Below, piece by piece: positions 56,980 to 64,000 of a stretch of DNA of 64,000 nucleotides. The position numbers and the translations under genes were made by a program. The notes beneath the pieces were generated by a model, which was not told the origin of the DNA, did no database searches, and worked only from the letters and a program-made list of their open reading frames with translations. Where the stretch lies: contig CAWAGQ010000009.1 in NCBI GenBank assembly GCA_963781585.1, positions 64,001 through 128,000 of the forward strand. Reading direction: 5' to 3'. The DNA is from an uncultured Gemmatimonadaceae bacterium. GTDB lineage: Bacteria; Gemmatimonadota; Gemmatimonadetes; Gemmatimonadales; Gemmatimonadaceae. Numbering within the stretch: the stretch's first letter is position 1; the number at the start of each line of letters is the position of its first letter.

Positions 56980-58943
56980 GCATCTGGAGCGCGGTCGCGC
57001 CGCCGCTCGCGCTCGCCTGGCTCGCGGCGTGCGTCTTCGGCGCGCCGCTCCCCGCGCAGAGCACATCGCCGCTGGTGGAGTGGCCCACCTATGGCGGCGA
57101 CGCGGGCGGGATGAAGTACTCCCCGCTCACCGACGTCAATCGCGGTAACGTCGCGCGCCTGGCGCCGGCGTGGTCGTGGGCCACCGGCGAGAACGCCATC
57201 CGCGAGACCGACTCCACGCGCGCGGCGCGGCCGGGGAATTTCCAGGCCACGCCGCTCATGATCGACGACACGCTCTACCTGAGCACGCCGTTCAACCGCG
57301 TGGTCGCATTGGATGCCAATACCGGTCGCGAGATCTGGAGCTACGATCCGGGGGCGTACCGCGCGGGCCAGCCGTCCAATGGGACGGGGCTGGTGCATCG
57401 CGGCGTCGCCGCGTGGACCGACGGACGTGAGCGCCGGATCTTCATGAACAGCCGGTGGCGGCTCATCGCGCTCGACGCATCAACCGGAAGACCGATCGCC
57501 TCGTTCGGCACCAACGGCGAGATCGACCTCACCGCCAGGCTGCCGCGCCCGGTCAACAAGCTCCATTACACCAACACGTCGCCGCCGGTGATCTGGGGCG
57601 ATCTCGTGATCGTCGGCAACGGCGTGGGCGACCGCCTGACCTACCGCGACGATCCGCCGGGCGACGTCCAGGCGTTCGACGTCCACACGGGCCGGCAAGC
57701 CTGGATCTTCCACACGGTGCCGAGGCCGGGCGAGTTCGGGAATGAGACGTGGGCGGATTCATCGTGGAATTTCACCGGGCACACCAACGTCTGGGCGCCG
57801 TTCACGGTGGACAGCGCGCGGGGGCTGGTCTTTCTGCCGGTGAGCACGCCCAGCAACGACTGGTACGGAGGCCGTCGGCTGGGGGCCGGGCTGTTCGGGG
57901 AGTCGCTGGTCTGCCTCGACGCGCGGACGGGAAAGCGCGTCTGGCATTTCCAGGTGACCCATCACGGGCTCTGGGACTACGACCTGCCAGCGCCGCCTAA
58001 CGTCATAACGATCCGGCGCGGCGCCGAGCGGGTGGACGCGGTGGTCGCGCCCACCAAGCAGGGGTTCATCTTCGTCTTCGATCGGCTCACCGGGAAGCCG
58101 CTCTGGCCGGTGGAGGAGCGCGCGGTTCCGCGGAGCGACGTGCCGGGTGAGCAGGCGTGGCCCACGCAGCCGTTTCCCACCAGGCCGCCGCCGGTGGCGC
58201 CGCAGGGGTTCACCGACGCCGACGTGGTCGATTTCACTCCGGCCATCCGCGACTCGGCGCTGGCCCTCGTCCACCTGTATCGCATGGGACCGGTTTTCAC
58301 GCCGCCGTCGCTCGAAGGGACGATCGTCGTCCCGGGGGTGATCGGCGGTGTGGGCTGGGGCGGTGCGGCCTACGACCCTGAGACCAGCACCCTATACGTG
58401 AAGGCGTCGAATTCGCCAGCGTTCATGCGGCTGGTCAAGCGCGACGCGCCGTCGGATACGGTCGACGCTGATTACATGCTCGACCTCGCGAACTCGTCGT
58501 TGAGCCTGCGTTTTCCCGCACCGCCGGGGGAACCATCGGGAGGACGAGTGCCGCCGCTTCCGATCATCAAGCCGCCGTATGGCACGCTGACCGCGATCGA
58601 TCTTGCCACCGGCACGTTCCGCTGGCAGGTGCCGGTGGGCGATACGCCGCAGCTGCGAGATCATCCCGCCCTGCGCGGGGTGACCCTTCCCAAGGCGTTA
58701 GGCGTGTCGGGGTCACCCGGAGCGATGGTCACACGCGGCGGACTCGTCTTCGTGTCCGGCGGAGGAAACGTACTCTACGCCATCGACGCGCAGAACGGGC
58801 ATAACTTGTGGGAGTACGACTTGGGACAACGGGCCTACGCCAATCCGATGACGTACCGGACGCGCGCCGGCCGGCAGTTCGTGGTCATCGCCAGCGGCGC
58901 CGGGTCGAACGCGACCCTGCGCGCGTTCGCGCTGGCGCCGTAG
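56976..58943 (+). CDS. PQQ-dependent dehydrogenase (quinoprotein glucose dehydrogenase-like, no N-terminal TM block)
   Basis: WPTYGGD, FQATPL, RGVA, TSPP, NVW, HHGLWDYD, WPTQPFP, KPPYG and ANPMTY motifs. Confidence 0.93.
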   Translation: MSIWSAVAPPLALAWLAACVFGAPLPAQSTSPLVEWPTYGGDAGGMKYSPLTDVNRGNVARLAPAWSWATGENAIRETDSTRAARPGNFQATPLMIDDTLYLSTPFNRVVALDANTGREIWSYDPGAYRAGQPSNGTGLVHRGVAAWTDGRERRIFMNSRWRLIALDASTGRPIASFGTNGEIDLTARLPRPVNKLHYTNTSPPVIWGDLVIVGNGVGDRLTYRDDPPGDVQAFDVHTGRQAWIFHTVPRPGEFGNETWADSSWNFTGHTNVWAPFTVDSARGLVFLPVSTPSNDWYGGRRLGAGLFGESLVCLDARTGKRVWHFQVTHHGLWDYDLPAPPNVITIRRGAERVDAVVAPTKQGFIFVFDRLTGKPLWPVEERAVPRSDVPGEQAWPTQPFPTRPPPVAPQGFTDADVVDFTPAIRDSALALVHLYRMGPVFTPPSLEGTIVVPGVIGGVGWGGAAYDPETSTLYVKASNSPAFMRLVKRDAPSDTVDADYMLDLANSSLSLRFPAPPGEPSGGRVPPLPIIKPPYGTLTAIDLATGTFRWQVPVGDTPQLRDHPALRGVTLPKALGVSGSPGAMVTRGGLVFVSGGGNVLYAIDAQNGHNLWEYDLGQRAYANPMTYRTRAGRQFVVIASGAGSNATLRAFALAP

Positions 58944-59086
58944 CGCAAGCATCACGTGATCGGGACGGACCCCGAGCGAAAGGGAGCGACCAGAACAGGC
59001 GAAGGGCGTCGGGTGGGCTGCCGCGTTGACTCCAAACCGTGGCATCGCCCGTACGGATGGCGTCGGCACCTCGAACAGGAGAATCC

Positions 59087-59341
59087 ATGGGACTCATCTG
59101 GATGTGCATCATCGGACTCGTCGTCGGTGCGATTGCGAAGTGGATCATGCCCGGCAAGGACCCGGGCGGGATATTCGTGACCATTCTGCTCGGCATCGGT
59201 GGTTCCTTCGTCGCGGGCTTCCTCGGTCGCCTCGTGGGGTGGTACAGCGCGGGCAGTGGCGCCGGGTTGATCGCGTCCGTGCTCGGCGCCATTCTCATCC
59301 TCTGGATCTATCGGAAGATGCAGGCGTCGAAGACGTCCTAG
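59087..59341 (+). CDS. GlsB/YeaQ/YmgE family stress-response membrane protein
   Basis: IIGLVVGAIAKWIMPGKDPGG..LLGIGGSFV; CAGGAG SD sequence. Confidence 0.92.
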   Translation: MGLIWMCIIGLVVGAIAKWIMPGKDPGGIFVTILLGIGGSFVAGFLGRLVGWYSAGSGAGLIASVLGAILILWIYRKMQASKTS

Positions 59342-59386
59342 CGCCGGTCGCGCATGGGACGTCCCCATTCGAACGGAGGATATCCC

Positions 59387-60751
59387 ATGCGCATTCCGGC
59401 CTCGCCGCGCGGGTCGCTCGCTGCCGCTCTGGCCGGGGCAGCGATTGTGGCCGTTTTCGTCGGGACGCCATTGCTCGGCGCGCAAGCGCCCGCGCGGCAG
59501 ACGCAGGCGGATGACTACACGCGCTACGAGCTGCTCGCGCCGGGGTCGGCCAGGTTCCGGATTCTGTATGAGGTAACGGCGACGACGCCGGGGGCCACGG
59601 CGTTCTTCAACGCCATTCGTCGTGGCAGCGTGGCGAGCGACGAGGCCGTGTACGATCGGATGACCGCCGCCAGGCTGCGGTTCGAGGTGGTGAACGGGAC
59701 CGTGGCGCGCGCCGGTGGCGTGCGCGGCGCGGATTCCACGGGCGAGTACATCATGGTGCATCTCGCCCGACCGGTCCCCGACAGCGGCGAGGCGCGGCTC
59801 CTGATCGAGAAGACGTACGAGGACGCAACCAGTTACCTGGTCCGGGGCGACACGATCGTTTTCACCCGCCCGTTAGGCATCAAGCGGAATGCGGTGGTGC
59901 TCCCGGCGGGGTACGAGCTCCTGAGCGTGAACTATCCGTCGCAGGTCCGCACCGAGCCGGACGGAAGGCTGGCGGTGAGCTTCATCAACACCAGCCCGGC
60001 GCAGGTGCCGTACACCGTTCGCGCGCGCTGTGCGAGGAGGGTGCCGGCGGGAGCGCCCTGTCCTGCGCCGGCGGCGCCTTCGGCCGGTCGCGGTGCCGGA
60101 GCCGCGGCGAGCGGCGCGTCGCCGCCAACCACCCCGGCGGCTCAACCGGGGAACGCGGCCGCGGCCACCCCGGAAACGCGGTCACGCGCATCCCGGCTTT
60201 CCGAGCGCGCGCATCAGGACCGGGAAATCGTCTACTTCCTGCAGCAGCCCGAGACCCACGCATTCGATCTCTATCACGACTACACCGAGTCGCGTCCGGG
60301 GGTGGACAAGTACATCAACGTGGTGCGGGCGGGGAGCGCGGTTTCGCGCCCGTCGGCGCGGATCCTCGATACCGGCGAGTCGCTGCCTCACGAGATCCTG
60401 CGCGGGGCGCAGATCACGGCCGCGAAGGTCGACATCGGTGAGCCGGTGACGCCGGGCAGCGAGGTGGTGGTGATCCGCTTCCCGGCGGTGAAGGCGGGTC
60501 AGTCGATCCGGCTGCGGATCAGCGAGACATATTCGGACGCGGCGCGCTACCGGCTCGAGGGCGACGAGCTGGTGTGGGACCGGTCGTTCGGCCGTCCGGC
60601 GAACGCGATGGTGTTGCCGGCGGGGTGGTCGCTCACCAACTGCTCGATTCCGGCGACGGTGTCGATGACCGAGGATGGGCGGGTGCGGCTCGACTTCATC
60701 AATCCGCGGAACGATGAGATTGCGGTGCTGGTGACGGCGCGGCGGCGGTGA
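59387..60751 (+). CDS. Hypothetical secreted protein made of two homologous beta-rich domains
   Basis: Signal peptide; repeated NA(V/M)VLPAG...DGR...FIN blocks separated by a Pro/Ala linker. Confidence 0.8.
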   Translation: MRIPASPRGSLAAALAGAAIVAVFVGTPLLGAQAPARQTQADDYTRYELLAPGSARFRILYEVTATTPGATAFFNAIRRGSVASDEAVYDRMTAARLRFEVVNGTVARAGGVRGADSTGEYIMVHLARPVPDSGEARLLIEKTYEDATSYLVRGDTIVFTRPLGIKRNAVVLPAGYELLSVNYPSQVRTEPDGRLAVSFINTSPAQVPYTVRARCARRVPAGAPCPAPAAPSAGRGAGAAASGASPPTTPAAQPGNAAAATPETRSRASRLSERAHQDREIVYFLQQPETHAFDLYHDYTESRPGVDKYINVVRAGSAVSRPSARILDTGESLPHEILRGAQITAAKVDIGEPVTPGSEVVVIRFPAVKAGQSIRLRISETYSDAARYRLEGDELVWDRSFGRPANAMVLPAGWSLTNCSIPATVSMTEDGRVRLDFINPRNDEIAVLVTARRR

Positions 60752-60833
60752 GGGCCGCGGCTCACGCTCCCGATGCGAACACCACAACACGCCATCGCTG
60801 GCGGTTGGGCGCAGGCGCGCGATGCTCCCGAAC

Positions 60834-61870
60834 TCACTGAGAGGGAAGCAGAAACCGTTCGAGATGCTCCAGATCATCTGCGTCACGGCGCGCGACATAG
60901 ACGTGGCCGGTGCCGAATCCAACGACCCGCGTGTTCGCAGGGAAGGTCACGCGCTGCACCAGTTGGCCCGAGTCGCCAATGACATCGTAGAGCGGACGCT
61001 TACCAGGCACGACGGTTCGTTTGACCCATAGTCTACCGTCCTCCGCGAACATGGCGGCCTTGTCGAGAAAGGGCGGAAGGAATGGCGGCCAGGACCGCGG
61101 CTCCCGGTACGGTGGCGTCTGGAGGGTCGCGGAAGAGCCACCATCCCGCTGGACACTCAGTGTTGGGCCGCGCTCGTTGCGCGCATCACGCCATTCCTGC
61201 TTCACTCGTTCGTCGACCTTTATCGGTAGAAACTGCATCGGACTCCCGTCATGACGCGCGCCGGTTGTCCCCACGATGTCCACCCGGTACGGTTCCGGTC
61301 GCACGATGGCTACACGACCATCGCGGCGAACGGCCCACAGCGTGGTCGCCGCAAATGGGGGCACCACATAACCGGGAGCGGCCGCGACAATTCCTGAACC
61401 AATTACTCGACTTCCCGGTCCGAATCGGTTAGGAATGAACGCCACGGTATCGGCCTGGCAGGTCGAGGTCCAACGCTCGATGGCCGCAGAATCGGTCGCC
61501 AGTAGGCCCTCACGCTCACTCCTGGCAGTGGGCGCCGCCTCAGAATAAAGCCGACCCTTCGCGTCCGCTGCGACAAACACCGATGACCAGGTCGTCACTG
61601 CTCCGGGACAGTCGCGACCGCTGCGGTCCGGCAAGAATCCGCCCGCCGATCCCGTTAACTCACCCCGTTAGGCTGTACAGAAAAGCGGAGCCACTTCTCG
61701 AAGACACTTCCGTCTCCGAGTGCGCGGACTTGCGTGATGCGGGTGAACGATCCTTGGAACTCGGCTTCGACATGATCGACCTCGGCCGTCGGAGTCGACT
61801 GCGCCGCGACATCCTTCGTCAGCATCACCTCAAGAACGCCCAGGATCAGGGACGTGAGCATAATCCGCAT
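60834..61870 (-). pseudogene. Fragmented secreted beta-propeller-like protein (N-fragment 61655-61870, C-fragment 60834-about 61570)
   Basis: Signal peptide plus FTRITQVRALGDG, then a stop. The C-part has DAKGRLY, WAV..DGRVAIVRPEPYRVD, DGRLWV and VYVARRDADDLEHLERF. The middle appears deleted. Confidence 0.6.
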
Positions 61871-61882
61871 CCGTTCTCTTTT

Positions 61883-62500
61883 TCACGTTCCTCCCTCCCC
61901 TGCTACGCGGCCACCGAACGGTGACTTGTCGGCAATAAGAGCCGTGATGACGCGAAGAACTTCGTCGCGTGATGGTGACGCACCGAACAGCCATCCATTG
62001 ACAACGACCGTGGGCGTTGCATTGAGGCCCAGGCTGTCTGCCAGCGCAAGTCCTGCGTCAATTCGCGGCATTCGCGGCGGGTGATGCACGCAGTCGTTGA
62101 ATGCTATGGTGTCCTTCATCCCGGCTTCTCGCGCAAACGAAGCCCATGATTTGAGACCGAGCGAATCCTGCTTCTCAAAGACAATACCAATGAACGCGGC
62201 CAGCATCGATTGCTTGTCAGCACACTCAGCAGCCGTAGCAGCAGGCCGAGCGAACCGGTGAATCTTCAACGGAAAATGAACGAGGACGAGAGAGACATTC
62301 TGACCGAAGCCGCTCAGCACCTGGTGGGATGACCGTCTCATGGTAGTAGCGACATGGTGGGCACTCGAGATCCGTGAACTCCGCGACCTTCACCTTGGCT
62401 GCTCATTACGTACTTGAAGTCCGCTATTCACTATTGACATCCACAGTCGCGCCGGGAGTAGGCGCGGAGGAGGAATGCGAACTGTGGTGGTTTGCCCTGC
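61883..62500 (-). pseudogene. DsbA-like thioredoxin-fold protein with frameshifts
   Basis: Hand translation of 62402-62330 gives AAKVKVAEFTDLECPPCRYYHETVI. This is out of frame with HFPLKIHRFARPAATAAECA...NATPTVVVNG (61883-62341) and with the upstream ORF. The 5' end is approximate. Confidence 0.75.
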
Positions 62501-62839
62501 GACCCTCGATCGCGACGCCGAAAGATAGGGCAAACTCACCACCGTGCCGGTCCAGGACTGACGGGACACATGGATCCGCCCATTGTCGGGAAATGACATC
62601 GAGACTCGCCTCCGGCGTCCTGAACACGGTCTGCGAAAAGTCGACCAGGGAAAACCTGCGCGGCGGCGAGCGCCCCGAAGGCGCAACGACGGCCAGCCGG
62701 CCGAGGTAGCTGCTCGCCACGACGATGAGCTCCTGCTGCCGGGGGCAGGCGATTCTCGCGCTTACAAAGGGTTGCGCCAGAGCCAGGTTCTAATCGACGC
62801 CTGGATCGGGGACGAGGTTCACAACGCGAGCAAATCGCT

Positions 62840-64000
62840 TCAGCAACTCAGCGAACGACGCGTGCCAACTGACCATCCACTCGCCATGCCCGCATCATAA
62901 GGCCTGCTATCAATACTTGATCGTTGTGTTGCCAGAATCTCCTTCACGACGTCACGTGCGCACTTCCAGACGAGGCCATGACCGGCATCTCTAATGATGA
63001 GCACGACGGCACGTGACAGCTCCCCCGCACTGCTAACCAGTTCGGCAGGCGTTATTGGATCCAGCTCACCGACCATAGCGATGATCGGAATGACCTTTTT
63101 CAAGGGGTGCCGAGGAGTGAAACCAACGCGAGGCCATGCACTACATGCTGCCAGCAAGTCAAGCACGAAGGCGCGACTCCAAGACGCCGAGAGGTCTACG
63201 AGGCTCGTCTCCTTAGGCGTCGCGCGAATGTTCTCGCACAAAGTCGAAAGCACGGCGATACCGTTTTGCCTCGCCAGTTCTTCCCTTAAGTCATCGACCG
63301 CGATTTCTAGGGCTACTCTCGATCCTCCCTGCCTTGTCGATTCCAGCAGTCGCACAAATCGTGCTCGTGCCTGCGGATCGGCGAGCTGCTCCTGCAACAG
63401 CAGCGCAAGACCCCGAGCCGTGATCGTGACTACTGTGTCGCCACTCCGGCTACTCGTCCGCACATGGACGACCATTGGTGACACCTGCAGGCGATCGAGC
63501 GCCATCTCGATTCCCTTGGAAAGAGTTTCATCGCCCAAGGTGCACGAACGGTCGACGGAACAGAGTTCTTGCATACGCATGACAGTGCGGCGCGTAGCGA
63601 AAGGCACCTGAGCAAGCCAGGGCGCAAGTGTTAGAGGCGAGTGAAGTACAAGTCCGCTGAGATGCTCCGGATATGCGGCACCATAAAGAAGCGCGGCACG
63701 CGCACCCGACGACAGGCCGTAGATAATGACGTGAGACAGACCGAGCCGCGTTCTCACGAGTTCCAGATCATCGGCCAGCGCTTGGCTTCCGTATTTCGAT
63801 GCCTCGCTCGACGGACCGAGACTGTCACGACACGCTGCGACGCTTCGTGGGGCAAACCGCCGCGTTCCATCGAAATAGAGTTGACATCTCGCCCCACTCG
63901 AACGACCGGTGCCATACGAGTCGAACAGTACGAGATCGTGTCTGGCAAGGAGGTCTCCTAGCGCGGCCTCGGCAAACTCAAGTTCCTGGGTGCCGGCGAG
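62840..64000 (-). CDS. Alpha/beta hydrolase (TAP-like peptidase family); partial, open to the window end
   Basis: DLVLFDSYGTGRS, LADDLELVRTRLG, YGLSSGA nucleophile, GELDPITP and AGHG motifs. The frame stays open from 63757 to 64000. Confidence 0.8.
   Translation of the reverse strand, partial: LAGTQELEFAEAALGDLLARHDLVLFDSYGTGRSSGARCQLYFDGTRRFAPRSVAACRDSLGPSSEASKYGSQALADDLELVRTRLGLSHVIIYGLSSGARAALLYGAAYPEHLSGLVLHSPLTLAPWLAQVPFATRRTVMRMQELCSVDRSCTLGDETLSKGIEMALDRLQVSPMVVHVRTSSRSGDTVVTITARGLALLLQEQLADPQARARFVRLLESTRQGGSRVALEIAVDDLREELARQNGIAVLSTLCENIRATPKETSLVDLSASWSRAFVLDLLAACSAWPRVGFTPRHPLKKVIPIIAMVGELDPITPAELVSSAGELSRAVVLIIRDAGHGLVWKCARDVVKEILATQRSSIDSRPYDAGMASGWSVGTRRSLSC

Noticed and set aside
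62500..62840. Short ORFs between the DsbA remnant and the hydrolase
   Set aside because: No recognisable motif or consistent coding frame.

Overview
High-GC (roughly 68-70%, estimated by eye) bacterial chromosomal segment. The gene content suggests Gemmatimonadota or a similar lineage (inference): ADOP-type duplicated permeases, plug-only TonB-like proteins, RGG-tailed M28 peptidases and 6-bladed-propeller-like proteins. There are about 57 coding regions, mostly ordinary housekeeping, envelope and transport genes. They include a partial PIG-L deacetylase, sucA, a THUMP RNA methyltransferase, DUF2723, an SSS symporter, msrPQ, mscS, and a TetR-TolC-HlyD-ABC efflux operon. Further along are a sufE-CDGSH-epimerase-DHDPS-like cluster, an Xre/RES toxin-antitoxin pair, GH31, two M28 peptidases, a WtpA-like binding protein, an MFS transporter, alkA, an M15A peptidase, a doubly frameshifted GMC oxidoreductase, an amidohydrolase and a PQQ dehydrogenase. 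From about 60.8 kb the DNA is lower in GC and carries broken genes. I found no rRNA, tRNA, CRISPR array, transposase or integrase. The most unusual signal is not a gene: the non-palindromic word CGTTAGG(C)/(G)CCTAACG occurs at least 26 times on both strands, written into coding sequence in several reading frames using otherwise rare codons and stop codons. That pattern suggests a DNA-level recognition site under selection. Intergenic DNA also carries 7-nt-period tandem repeats of several unrelated sequence families and a REP-like TCGA(G/C)TCTGACCC family. All functional calls come from motif recognition by eye; no database searches were run.
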